From an uncultured bacterium (GTDB lineage: Bacteria; Acidobacteriota; Aminicenantia; Aminicenantales; Saccharicenantaceae): a stretch of 64,000 bases of DNA. The translations under genes were made by a program, and so were the position numbers. The notes beneath the pieces were generated by a model, which saw nothing but the letters and a program-made list of their open reading frames with translations, did not search any database and was not told where the DNA came from. The stretch lies in assembly GCA_937920515.1 (NCBI GenBank), contig CALEUG010000001.1:12070-76069 (forward strand), in the 5' to 3' direction. Positions 31,853 to 41,942 of the stretch are shown piece by piece. How positions within the stretch are numbered: position 1 is the first letter of the stretch; each line of letters starts with the position of its first letter.

Positions 31853-33220
31853 ATGAAAAAGAGATTTCCACTCAAGGTTAGCATCTCCGGCGTCCGGGGA
31901 ATTATCGGAGAAAGCCTGACCCCTCAGATTGCCGCCCGGTTCGCCTCGGCCTTCGGCACCTACCTCGGACCGGGACAGGTCCTGGTCGGGCAGGATACCA
32001 GACCCTCGGGCACCATGCTCAAAAAGGCCGTCCTGAGCGGGTTGCTGGCCACCGGCTGCCAGCCGGTTGAAGTCGGCGTGCTTCCCATCCCCACCATTCT
32101 TTTCCTCACCCGCGAGAAACAGGTCCGGGGGGCGGTGGTAATCACCGCCAGTCATAACCCCCCGGAATGGAACGGGCTTAAATTCATCGGGCCGGAGGGG
32201 CTTTACCTCCGTCGCTCCCAGGTGGAAGAATTCCTGGACATATTCCACCAGGGAGAATTCACCTTCGTGGCGGCCGAAAGAATCAAGGCCCCGCTCCAGG
32301 AGAAAAAGGCCGGGGAGCTCCACCTTGAAAAAATTCTGTCGCGACTTAAAGTTAAAGCCATCCGCCGCCGTGGGTTCCGGGTGGTGGCTGATTGCGCCAA
32401 CGGGGCCGGCGCCACGCTCCTGCCCCAGCTTCTCAGGGAACTCGGCTGCGAGACTCTTCTCATCAACACCGACCTCAGCGGGAGCTTTGCCCATCAGTCG
32501 GAGCCAGTCCCGGAAAACCTCAAAGAGCTCTCCCGCCGGGTTAAAGAATTCAGGGCTGACCTGGGCCTGGCCCAGGATGCCGACGCCGACCGCCTGGCCC
32601 TGGTGGATGAAAGGGGTCGCCCCCTGGGAGAAGACCTGACCCTGATTCTGGCAGTGGCCCATGTGCTCGGTAAGAAGCGTGGCCCGGTGGCCGTAAATCT
32701 CTCAGCTTCCATGGCCATAGACGAACTGGCGGCCAGGTACCGGGTTCCGGTCATCAGGACCAGGATCGGAGAAATCAACGTGGTCGAAGCCATACTGGAG
32801 CAGGGCGCGGTCATCGGCGGCGAAGGTAACGGCGGAGTCATCTGGCCGGAAATCCACCCCTGCCGTGATTCTCTAACCGCAGCCGGCCTAATGCTGGAAA
32901 TGCTGGCCGAGAACCAGAAGCCACTGTCGGAGACGGCCGCTGAATTTAAGAAGTATCACCTGTTGAAGGATAAAATGGACTGCCCGGCTGAACTGGCCTT
33001 CCGGGCGCTGGTTGAATTGAGACGACGCTATCAGTCTGAAAATATTTCCACCCTGGATGGAATTAAAATAAGCTGGCCCGACTCCTGGGTCCATATCAGG
33101 CCGTCCAATACCGAACCCATCATCAGGCTGCTGGCTGAATCCCGGTCGCCGGTCCGCAGCCGGCGTTTAATAGAAAATTTTAAGAAAGAAATCAAGAGCA
33201 TCATCAGGAAGCTGGCCTGA
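31853..33220 (+). CDS. Phosphoglucosamine mutase / phosphomannomutase (intact)
   Basis: ITASHNP phosphoserine loop, DADADR metal loop, GEGNGG and RPSNTEP motifs. Confidence 0.92.
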   Translation: MKKRFPLKVSISGVRGIIGESLTPQIAARFASAFGTYLGPGQVLVGQDTRPSGTMLKKAVLSGLLATGCQPVEVGVLPIPTILFLTREKQVRGAVVITASHNPPEWNGLKFIGPEGLYLRRSQVEEFLDIFHQGEFTFVAAERIKAPLQEKKAGELHLEKILSRLKVKAIRRRGFRVVADCANGAGATLLPQLLRELGCETLLINTDLSGSFAHQSEPVPENLKELSRRVKEFRADLGLAQDADADRLALVDERGRPLGEDLTLILAVAHVLGKKRGPVAVNLSASMAIDELAARYRVPVIRTRIGEINVVEAILEQGAVIGGEGNGGVIWPEIHPCRDSLTAAGLMLEMLAENQKPLSETAAEFKKYHLLKDKMDCPAELAFRALVELRRRYQSENISTLDGIKISWPDSWVHIRPSNTEPIIRLLAESRSPVRSRRLIENFKKEIKSIIRKLA

Positions 33221-33300
33221 GGCGGCCGTCTGGGCTCAAGCGGCAATTCGGTTTAATAAAAAATACAAAATTGAGCAATAAAAAGAGGCAGGGTTCAGAC

Positions 33301-36300
33301 ATGAGTCTTAAAGAAAAATCTGGCTTTAGAAGCGTACCGGGAGTCCTGGCCCTGGTTATGTTAAGCCTGGCAGGTCTTCGGGCCCAACCCCCGGCAGAAG
33401 CCTGGCTTAACGGCTACCAGAGAACCATAGAAAGCCAGAAAATTTTTTATCATTCACCCTATCCCGATCAGCTACCGGCCCTGCTGGTCAGAGCCAGCGA
33501 CGGCACAATGAAATCAGTCTGGGAAACACAGGTTGTCCCGGCCGATTTCAGCGCTTCCGCTGCGGTCTTTGTCTTCATGGGTGGCCTGGCCACGGGCAAG
33601 GGCAGTCATCGCTTTTACCTTAAGGTCAACGGGGCTCAAGCCCTGGAATTCACCACTTCAGAAAACCCGGCCAGAAGAGAGTGGACAGTTCTCGGTCCGG
33701 AAGGTCTGGGACTTACTTTCAGAACAGCTCTGGTTGACCAGTTTGACGAGCTATTCGGCTATTTCTTCCTGACCGTCCCTCGTCGTTTCCTGGAGCCAGG
33801 GAAACCGCTCCGGCTGGAACTTACGGCCGAGAAAGGCGGAAGTTCCGACTGGGTGATGGTCTTTGAGCAGCCGCTTTCTTCCTGGGCCAGGCTGAAGGTC
33901 CTGCCGGCCATCCTGAACACAAGGCCCCGGCGGCAGCCCCTGCTGCTGGAAATAAGTCATTTCGGACCTCCGGTTTCAGTCCGGATAAAAATGGGCCGGA
34001 ATATTTCCGTCTCCAAGACCTTGCAGACCGGTTACAACCAGCTATACCTGGAAACCGAACCGGTCAGCAATCCGGCCCGGGTTGAAGCCGTCGTCCTCAG
34101 GGGAAAAGAACTTCTGTTCCGGGCAGCTTGCGAGCAAAAACCGGTTCGGGCGATAGAATTATGGCTTCTCCCCCATTCCCACCTGGACATTGGTTATTCA
34201 GATTACCAGGAAGAAGTAGAAAAGAAACAGTGGCAGAACATAGAAACCGCCATAGAACTGGCCGAGAAATCGCAATCCCTGCCTCCCGAGGCCAGGTTCA
34301 AATGGAACGTGGAACAACTGTGGCATGTTGAAACCTATTTGCGAAAAGCTGACGAACAAAAGCGAGAAAAATTATTGCGAGCCGTAAAGAATGGCTGGAT
34401 AGGACTCCAGGCCACCCTAACCAACCAGCTGACCGGTCTCTGCCACCCGGAGGAACTGCTGGAACTCACAGCTTTTGCCAGGGAGCTGGAAACCATGGGT
34501 TTCCCGCCGGTCACATCGGCCATGATCACTGATATCCCGAGCTACAGCTGGTCCTTTGTTCCGGCGCTGGCCCTGGCCGGGGTTCGCTATCTTTCCAGCG
34601 GTCCCAACTTCATGCCCGTCCTGCCCGACGGCGGCGACCGGGTTGGCCGGGCTCTCAGGACCTGGGCCGACCGGCCGTTTTACTGGGTCTCACCTTCCGG
34701 CCAGGAAAAGGTTCTTTTCTGGATGGCCGGGCGCGGTTATTCCTGGTTCCACGGGCTGAACCTGGGAAACTTCAGGGTTGACAAAAAAAGAGAAATCCTG
34801 GAATACGTGGCCGAACTGGAAAACAAGAACTATCCCTATTCTCTGGTGCAGGTCCGCTACACCGTGGGTGGAGACAACGGCCCCCCGGACCCGGACCTCA
34901 GCCGGGAAGTGGCCGCCTGGAACAAAGAATTCCTGACACCTCGCCTGGTGATCGCCACCAGCGAACAGCTTTTCCTGGAAATGGAAAAAAGGCACGGCCT
35001 GGAAATCCCGGCCATCCGCGGTGATTTTTCGCCATACTGGGAAGACGGCGCGGCCTCCACCGCCCGGGAAACCGCCCTGAACCGGAATCTCAGCGAGCGG
35101 CTGCTGCAGCTCGAAACTCTGTATTCGCTCCTGGTGCCGGAAGAATTCATTAAAAAATCAGCCGATTTTTACGAAGCCTGGCGCCAGGTAGTACTTTTTC
35201 ACGAGCATACCTGGGGAGCCCACGACAGCGTCTCCAACCCGGATGGAGAAAACGCTACCCGGCAATGGGAATACAAGAAGTCCATCCTGGAAAAGGGACA
35301 GGAACTGGCTAATTCGCTGGAAGAAGACCTGAAGGCCATAATGAGCTCCAGAGAGGAGGAAGCTTTATCCAGAAGAAAGGTGCTCGACATCATCAACACC
35401 ACCTCGCTGACCAGGTCAGAAATCATTTTTATACCGGCTGAACTCTCGGCCGGCCTTGACCTGGTACTGGATGAAAACAACCGCTCCCTGCCTTCACAGA
35501 GGCTGGTTGATGGCACCCTGGCTGTTAAAATAAGCCGGCTTCAACCATTTTCTGCCCGCCGCATCTACCTTAAGACCGGCAGTAGCTGGCCCGGCGGCCT
35601 GGCCCGGGCCGGGGAAAACTTCCTGGAGAATGAGCAGCTTCGCCTGGAAGTCAGCCCGGAAACAGGGGCGGTGAGCAGCCTGATCTTCAAGCCGGCCCGA
35701 AACCTGGAACTGGTGGACAGCGAGAAATTCTCCGGGCTCAATGCCTATCTCTATGTTCCCGGGACCGACCCGGAAAAAGCCCGGCCGGCCAGGGTTCGCC
35801 AGGTACGGGTACTGGATTCCGGCCCTCTGGTGGCTTCGCTGGAGATAGAGCTGGAAGCCCCAGGATGTCACAGCCTGAAGGCAGTAATCAGGATTAACGG
35901 AATCAACGGCCGGATAGACTTCTTTAATCACATTGACAAGATAAAGGTCAGGGAAAAGGAAAGCGTTCACATAGCCTTTCCGTTCCGGATGCCTCCAACC
36001 GGAATCCGCCTTGACCTCGGCTGGGGCGCAGTCAATCCTTTCTTTGAAGAAATCCCGGGAGCCTGCCTGGATTTTTTTTCTGTTCAAAAAGCGGTGAGTT
36101 TCAGCCGGCCGGATTTTAACCTGACCTGGGTAACGCCGGATGCCCCACTGGTGGAAATTGGCGAATTGACGGATGAAAGAAGCGTCGGAGGCTTTCCCCG
36201 GGCCTGGAAAAAAGAGCTCCAGCCCTCTTCAACGATTATTTCCTATGCCCTGAATAACTACTGGCATACCAATTACAAGGCCGACCAGGAAGGAGAAATC

Positions 36301-36678
36301 GAACTTCGCTATTCCCTTTTCCTCAACTCTAATCTGGACCCGGCACTGCTCAAGACCCAGGCCCTTGAGGTCTGTCAGCCTCCGGTTATAATGCCGGTTG
36401 ACGAAAGACGGGTACCCCTGCAGCCGGTTCTTAACCTCGAGCCGGAAAGGGTCGTGGTCACCAGGTTAAAGGCCATCCCGGGAGTTTCCGACTCCAGGCC
36501 GGCTCTGCTGCTCAGACTGTACAACGCCGGCGGACAACCAGAAACAATCAACCTCAAGGGGCTTCTTTTTCCCGGAAGAAAAGTCTATTTATCCAACCTG
36601 AAAGGAGAACCACTGGCCCAGGTCACCCGGCCTTTCCGGATGCTGCCCTGGGAGGTGGTAACTCTTCGGGTGGAATGA
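33301..36678 (+). CDS. Secreted GH38-like glycoside hydrolase (alpha-mannosidase-like)
   Basis: Signal peptide; PHSHLDIGY metal motif, PFYW.SP.G, EHTWGA and NNYWHTNY. Confidence 0.8.
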   Translation: MSLKEKSGFRSVPGVLALVMLSLAGLRAQPPAEAWLNGYQRTIESQKIFYHSPYPDQLPALLVRASDGTMKSVWETQVVPADFSASAAVFVFMGGLATGKGSHRFYLKVNGAQALEFTTSENPARREWTVLGPEGLGLTFRTALVDQFDELFGYFFLTVPRRFLEPGKPLRLELTAEKGGSSDWVMVFEQPLSSWARLKVLPAILNTRPRRQPLLLEISHFGPPVSVRIKMGRNISVSKTLQTGYNQLYLETEPVSNPARVEAVVLRGKELLFRAACEQKPVRAIELWLLPHSHLDIGYSDYQEEVEKKQWQNIETAIELAEKSQSLPPEARFKWNVEQLWHVETYLRKADEQKREKLLRAVKNGWIGLQATLTNQLTGLCHPEELLELTAFARELETMGFPPVTSAMITDIPSYSWSFVPALALAGVRYLSSGPNFMPVLPDGGDRVGRALRTWADRPFYWVSPSGQEKVLFWMAGRGYSWFHGLNLGNFRVDKKREILEYVAELENKNYPYSLVQVRYTVGGDNGPPDPDLSREVAAWNKEFLTPRLVIATSEQLFLEMEKRHGLEIPAIRGDFSPYWEDGAASTARETALNRNLSERLLQLETLYSLLVPEEFIKKSADFYEAWRQVVLFHEHTWGAHDSVSNPDGENATRQWEYKKSILEKGQELANSLEEDLKAIMSSREEEALSRRKVLDIINTTSLTRSEIIFIPAELSAGLDLVLDENNRSLPSQRLVDGTLAVKISRLQPFSARRIYLKTGSSWPGGLARAGENFLENEQLRLEVSPETGAVSSLIFKPARNLELVDSEKFSGLNAYLYVPGTDPEKARPARVRQVRVLDSGPLVASLEIELEAPGCHSLKAVIRINGINGRIDFFNHIDKIKVREKESVHIAFPFRMPPTGIRLDLGWGAVNPFFEEIPGACLDFFSVQKAVSFSRPDFNLTWVTPDAPLVEIGELTDERSVGGFPRAWKKELQPSSTIISYALNNYWHTNYKADQEGEIELRYSLFLNSNLDPALLKTQALEVCQPPVIMPVDERRVPLQPVLNLEPERVVVTRLKAIPGVSDSRPALLLRLYNAGGQPETINLKGLLFPGRKVYLSNLKGEPLAQVTRPFRMLPWEVVTLRVE

Positions 36679-36745
36679 AAGTTTAAGATATAAGGTAAGA
36701 TATAAGATATATGTTCTGGTAAAATATGAACCTCAGGAGGTCTCA

Positions 36746-39583
36746 ATGAAGAAAACCCGCTGGCCAAGACTCGGAATAATATCAATCGTCTTAGTGTCTG
36801 TTCTTATCTGGACTGAGGCCTTCGCCCAGCCGGGCGGACAGTTCGGTGCGCCCCGTCGCAGCAGCTTGATGATGCTCCCGGAAACCCAGCTGATTCTGAC
36901 CGACTGGTTTATCCAGTCTTCGGCCCGCCTGAAGGCCGACGGGGCCGCCCTATCCCGGCCGGGAATCATGACTGACCGCTGGTACCCCACCCGGGTCCCG
37001 GCCACGGTGCTGGGCACCCTGGTTGAAAATAACATCTATGGCGACGTATTCTTCGGGAAAAACCTGGAGAATATCAAAGTTGAGGACTTTCAGACCTCCT
37101 GGTGGTACCGGACCGAATTCCTGTTGCCCGCCTACCCCGGACGAACCAGAACTTTCCTGGAACTGGACGGCGTTAACTACCGGGCCAACATCTGGCTGAA
37201 CGGCCAGAAGGTGGCTGACGCCTCTGAAATTTACGGCGCCTTCCGGCGCTTCCGCCTGGATGTCACCAAACTGGCCAGGTCAGGCGAGAGAAACGTCCTG
37301 GCCGTTGAGGTCATCCCGCCGGCTAAAGGTGAGCCGACCATCGGTTTTGTTGACTGGAACCCGGCTCCGGCCGACAACAGCATGGGTCTATGGCGGCCGG
37401 TCAGAATCAGGCAAACCGGAGAAGTTACCATTGAAAACCCTTTCGTCCAGACCACCCTGGATACCACCACCCTGAAGGAAGCCAGGCTGACCATCCAGGC
37501 CGAAGTTCGCAATCACTCCGATGTTCCGGTCACCGGCACCCTGGAAATAGAGCTGGAAAACATAAGGATTTCCAGAGAAGTCAGGCTGGGACCGAAGGAA
37601 GTCCAGAAAGTGGTTCTCAGCCCGGAAACCCACAAAGAACTGGTTCTGAGTAACCCCAGGATCTGGTGGACTCATGACCTGGGTCGCCCTGAACTTTATC
37701 TCCTTTTGATGGCCTTTAAGCTAAAAGCGCCAGCCGGGGATGAAAAGGCAACCACCAGGCCACCGGCCGCGGCTGAACCAGTCCCGCCATCCGCCCGGGA
37801 AAAAGAACAGGAAAAGGCCCCGGACCGGGAAAAGGATAAAGACCGGATGAGAATCCCACCTCAGTTCCAGGCGCTGATGCCGGTTTCCGACTGGCTGGCG
37901 CTGCGCTTCGGCATCCGGGAAATCAAGGACTACCTAAATGAACAGGGTCACCGCGGGTATCTCCTCAACGGTAAAAAGATTTTAATCCGCGGTGGAGGCT
38001 GGACCGATGACATATTTCTCAATAACAGGTCCAAAAAGCTCAGGGCTGAACTGATGTACGCCCGTCATATGAACCTTAACGCCCTGAGGCTGGAAGGTTT
38101 CTGGGGAACCAGCCGGGAGCTTTATCACCTGTGCGACGAGCTGGGCCTGTTGATTATGGTCGGCTGGAGCTGTCACTGGGAATGGGAGAATTATTTCGGG
38201 AAACCGGTTGACCCCAGGTACGGCGGGATTATCAGCCCGGAAGACATGGCCTTAGTAGCCACTTCTTTCCGTGACCAGGTGCGCTGGTTGCGCAACCACC
38301 CCAGCATCTTTGTCTGGGCCCTGGCCAGCGACCTGGTGCCCAAACCGGAACTGGAAAGAGAATACCTGAAAATTCTGGCCGAGGACGACCCGACCCGCCC
38401 CTTCCTAAATTCCACCGGAACCAGGGTTAGCGAGGTCAGCGGGAAATCGGGCGTCAAGATGAACGGCCCTTACGACTGGGTGCCACCCAACTACTGGTTC
38501 GAAGATAAGAAGAACGGTGGAGCCTTCGGCTTCAATACTGAAACCGGACCCGGACCCCAGGTGCCGGTGCTGGAAAGCCTGAAGAAAATAATTCCGGAAG
38601 AGGCACTCTGGCCACCGAACGATTACTGGAATTTTCATTGCTCCCGCGGCCTGTTCAAATCCCTCGATAGATACAACGAGGCCATGCGGGAACGCCTGGG
38701 CTGGCCCGAAAGTGTGGCCGAGTACTGCGATAAGGCCCAGTTCCTCAATTACGAAGCTATGAGGGGCATGTTTGAAGCCTTTGTGGCCCGCCGGCCGGTA
38801 GCCACCGGAATCATCCAGTGGATGTTCAACTCGGCCTGGCCCAAGCTCTGGTGGCAGCTTTACGATTACTATCTTATGCCCACCGGGGCCTTTTACGGGG
38901 CCAGGAAGGCCAACAGCCCTGTCCATCTTATTTATGACTACGAAACCCGGGAAATTATTGCCTCTAACCTGTCAGCGGTTAAGGCCGAAAAGCTTGGTGC
39001 CCTGGTCAGGGTATTCGACCTGGAACTCAAGGAAAAATTCAGGCAGGAATTCCCGCTGGTGCTGGAAGCGGACGGCAAGACGGTTCTTACCCGCCTGCCG
39101 GATATGCCCGACCTGACTGACCTCTATTTCCTGGACCTGAGAATCATCGGGCCAAAGCAGTCGCTTGAAGACCATAATTTCTATGTCCTCAGTCAGGAGC
39201 CCGATGTGCTTGATTTCAAGAAGACGACCTGGTATGTAACTCCGGTCAAAAAATATGCCAACCTGAAAGCCCTGAACCACCTGCCCGAATCACAGGTCAG
39301 GTACAGGTGGAAGGCGGAAGGAAAAGACCCCATCAGAAACCTGACTATCGAGCTTCACAACCCGGGGCCGCACCTGGCCTTCAACCTGGAAATCCAGGTC
39401 CTGAAAAAATTAAGGCAGAAGTCGGTTCTGCCAATATTTCTCGAAGACAACTACATTTCTTTGCTGCCCGGGGAAAGGCGCACGGTTAAAGGCTATTTCT
39501 TCGGTGAAGACCTGGAAGGAGACGAGCTGGAAATCAGGATAAAGGGCTGGAACGTTAAAACCCTGGAAGTTAAAAAGTTTTGA
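36746..39583 (+). CDS. Secreted GH2 hydrolase, exo-beta-D-glucosaminidase (CsxA-like)
   Basis: GH2 sugar-binding N-domain; IRGGGW, RLEG, RNHPS..W..ASD (Asp acid/base), KMNGPYDWVPPNYW and FNTETG (nucleophile). Confidence 0.85.
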   Translation: MKKTRWPRLGIISIVLVSVLIWTEAFAQPGGQFGAPRRSSLMMLPETQLILTDWFIQSSARLKADGAALSRPGIMTDRWYPTRVPATVLGTLVENNIYGDVFFGKNLENIKVEDFQTSWWYRTEFLLPAYPGRTRTFLELDGVNYRANIWLNGQKVADASEIYGAFRRFRLDVTKLARSGERNVLAVEVIPPAKGEPTIGFVDWNPAPADNSMGLWRPVRIRQTGEVTIENPFVQTTLDTTTLKEARLTIQAEVRNHSDVPVTGTLEIELENIRISREVRLGPKEVQKVVLSPETHKELVLSNPRIWWTHDLGRPELYLLLMAFKLKAPAGDEKATTRPPAAAEPVPPSAREKEQEKAPDREKDKDRMRIPPQFQALMPVSDWLALRFGIREIKDYLNEQGHRGYLLNGKKILIRGGGWTDDIFLNNRSKKLRAELMYARHMNLNALRLEGFWGTSRELYHLCDELGLLIMVGWSCHWEWENYFGKPVDPRYGGIISPEDMALVATSFRDQVRWLRNHPSIFVWALASDLVPKPELEREYLKILAEDDPTRPFLNSTGTRVSEVSGKSGVKMNGPYDWVPPNYWFEDKKNGGAFGFNTETGPGPQVPVLESLKKIIPEEALWPPNDYWNFHCSRGLFKSLDRYNEAMRERLGWPESVAEYCDKAQFLNYEAMRGMFEAFVARRPVATGIIQWMFNSAWPKLWWQLYDYYLMPTGAFYGARKANSPVHLIYDYETREIIASNLSAVKAEKLGALVRVFDLELKEKFRQEFPLVLEADGKTVLTRLPDMPDLTDLYFLDLRIIGPKQSLEDHNFYVLSQEPDVLDFKKTTWYVTPVKKYANLKALNHLPESQVRYRWKAEGKDPIRNLTIELHNPGPHLAFNLEIQVLKKLRQKSVLPIFLEDNYISLLPGERRTVKGYFFGEDLEGDELEIRIKGWNVKTLEVKKF

Positions 39584-39791
39584 GTGAACGATAAATCTTA
39601 ACTGAATAGGGGGCGAGGCCAGACAGAATAGAAATTGAATTCTGAAAATTACAGGCCTTAAAAATTATAAAAATATCAACTGCTATTTTGCTGGCCGATT
39701 AATGAGCTGATTCGAAAACAAAGAATACCCGGGAATTTATGCCGGGAATAGAACCTTCCCGGGAAAAATCCCGAAGTTGATTTCCAGGTAT

Positions 39792-41852
39792 TTATTTCTT
39801 TTTCAAAGAGTTGACCAGCTCTCTCAGTTTTTCCTGGTTCGGGTTCAGGCCGAGCGATTTCTCCCAGAGAGCCAGGGCTTTATCCCTGTCACCCATCTGG
39901 AAATAGCAGCTTCCGAGAAAGTTCAGGATTTCCAGGTTGACCCCGAAGCGATTCAGGTACTGTTCATAATAGACGGCTGCCCTAAGCGGCTGGTTGAGGG
40001 AATGGAAAGCCCTACCCAGCAGCGAGACCAGTTCGGGCGGGGCCTCGGGCTGGTCATATGGTCCGAGCAATTCTATTACCCGCTGAAATTCTCCCGCCCT
40101 GAACAGAGCCTCGGACAGGGCCAGGGCTGTCACCGGACCCGGGTTAAGAGAGTGGGCCCTGGCCAGGCGGCTGGTGGCTTCCTGAATGTTACCGCTATTT
40201 AAGTGCTGAATTCCCGTGGCCAGAAGCTCGTCGGCCTCGGTCAGACTGCCCCGGGACACCAGGATTGGGGCCGGCAGGTTGCTCAGGGGAGAAATTTCTA
40301 ACTCGGCCCGGCGGCTGTCCCGGAGCTGGCCATCAACCAGCAGCTCAGCCTTCAGGCTGTAATACCCTGGCTTCAGGGCCGCCAGCGGCATTGATTCAAC
40401 AACCAGACCTTCGGCTGAAATTTCCAGGGCAGGACATTCCTTGCTCTGAACCGCCTGGTTCTCGGCCAGCAGGGAAATTTTTAAGGTTGACTTCTTCTTC
40501 AACTCATCGCTCCAGCCGTTTAGCTGAACGCAGACCACCAGGGAATCGGAAACGGCAAACGACTTGAGGCTCCGGCTGAGAAGCTGCCTGTCGCCGACCT
40601 GGTACGGGAGAAGACCGGTGCCATCCTTTGCTTCCAGCTGGCCATAGGCCAGCAGAATCTGGCCGATTTCCGCGGGGCCCGGATTTTCCGGCAGGGTCAG
40701 CTTTTTGGAAAAGCTGGAGAATTCCCGCGAGACCGGGTTCTTGACCAGCAGGTCCAGGGTACAATTCCCGGGAATCAGGGGAAATACATCCTGAAAAGCC
40801 ACCGCTCTTTTGCCGATCTCGCCCAGTTCTTCCCTGGTCAAATTCAGGGGGATGCTTTTATCGAACTGATAAATGGTTCGGCCCTTATCATCAGCAACCC
40901 GGCCGTTGAGGTCAAAACGCACCAGGTAATTCTGCCCGTCCTGACTCACTGACAGCTTGCCCGGCTCCACCGAATAATGAACAAGGTAGTGGCCTTTCTG
41001 GCTGCGCACCGTCCAGACCTCAAAATCAGAGCGGATGTAATTGGTGCTGTACTCCACTTCTATCAGGTCCCTGTGGCGAAACCAGGCCTCGGCGTAGGCA
41101 TCTTCCACCTTGCGCTGTGGCAGCGACATGATGGTGGCCAGAAGCCTGTTGGAAGCCAGGTTGATGACCCCGGGTTCCAGACGCTCGTTTGGTATGAGGC
41201 TGAGTGACTGCTCGGCCAGGTTGGGGGAAAGCTGGTAAAGCCGCTGGTAGGCGTCCCGGGCATCCCTGGCGTTATACATGTAATCGGCCACCAGGGCCTG
41301 GGGACCGTGGTCAGAAGGCGAGTAAAGAATGTACTCCCCTGCTCCCTCTTTCTTGAAAAAAATTACGTTAAAACCGGTCGGCAGCCCGTAGCGGGGGTCG
41401 CCATAGTAAAACCAGACCTGGGCGGGATAGACGCCCATGATGTTTTCATAAGTTTCGATGTTGCTGGGCGGGCCGAGGATGATGTAGACGCGGCCCCGGT
41501 CGGTCTTCCAGCCAGGTTTGCCAGTTCCCCGCCCCAGGAACTGGTTGGCATAGTTAAGCCGGCGGTAATGCTCTTCCCTGAATTCATTCTGCGGGGTGCG
41601 AGGATCGGGGTCGCGCTGCTTCCAGAAGGCTTCGATGAAGATATCCCTTTCCCGGTCGGTCTGCAGCTTTAGAAAAACCTCTCTCTCCCTGGGAGTTATG
41701 ATATAAACCACCTCTTCTTCCAGCCACCTGCGGTACCTTTCCGGCAGGCTGGCCGCCGCCAGAGAAAGTGAGAACAGAAAAATCAGACATAAGATAATTA
41801 GAAATCGGGGGACCCTTGTTTCAAAACGATGCTTCTTCTGGTCCATCTTCAT
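39792..41852 (-). CDS. GWxTD-domain protein with C-terminal TPRs
   Basis: WLEEEVVYII..E, FIEAFW.QRDP and GWKTDRGRVYIILGPP motifs; signal peptide; TPR tail. The ORF-track start (41888) lies in a terminator, so ATG 41852 or 41846 is more likely. Confidence 0.9.
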   Translation of the reverse strand: MKMDQKKHRFETRVPRFLIILCLIFLFSLSLAAASLPERYRRWLEEEVVYIITPREREVFLKLQTDRERDIFIEAFWKQRDPDPRTPQNEFREEHYRRLNYANQFLGRGTGKPGWKTDRGRVYIILGPPSNIETYENIMGVYPAQVWFYYGDPRYGLPTGFNVIFFKKEGAGEYILYSPSDHGPQALVADYMYNARDARDAYQRLYQLSPNLAEQSLSLIPNERLEPGVINLASNRLLATIMSLPQRKVEDAYAEAWFRHRDLIEVEYSTNYIRSDFEVWTVRSQKGHYLVHYSVEPGKLSVSQDGQNYLVRFDLNGRVADDKGRTIYQFDKSIPLNLTREELGEIGKRAVAFQDVFPLIPGNCTLDLLVKNPVSREFSSFSKKLTLPENPGPAEIGQILLAYGQLEAKDGTGLLPYQVGDRQLLSRSLKSFAVSDSLVVCVQLNGWSDELKKKSTLKISLLAENQAVQSKECPALEISAEGLVVESMPLAALKPGYYSLKAELLVDGQLRDSRRAELEISPLSNLPAPILVSRGSLTEADELLATGIQHLNSGNIQEATSRLARAHSLNPGPVTALALSEALFRAGEFQRVIELLGPYDQPEAPPELVSLLGRAFHSLNQPLRAAVYYEQYLNRFGVNLEILNFLGSCYFQMGDRDKALALWEKSLGLNPNQEKLRELVNSLKKK

Positions 41853-41886
41853 CCATTGATTATAGCTTTTTTGTCTTGCTGTGGGC

Positions 41887-41920
41887 AAAAAAAGGGCGCC
41901 CGGGAAAATCCCGGACGCCC
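41887..41920 (-). terminator. Rho-independent terminator after the TonB-dependent receptor
   Basis: Stem GGGCGTCCGGGA/TCCCGGGCGCCC followed by T7 on the minus strand. Confidence 0.85.
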
Positions 41921-41942
41921 CTGAGCTTCAACCTCAGCTGAA

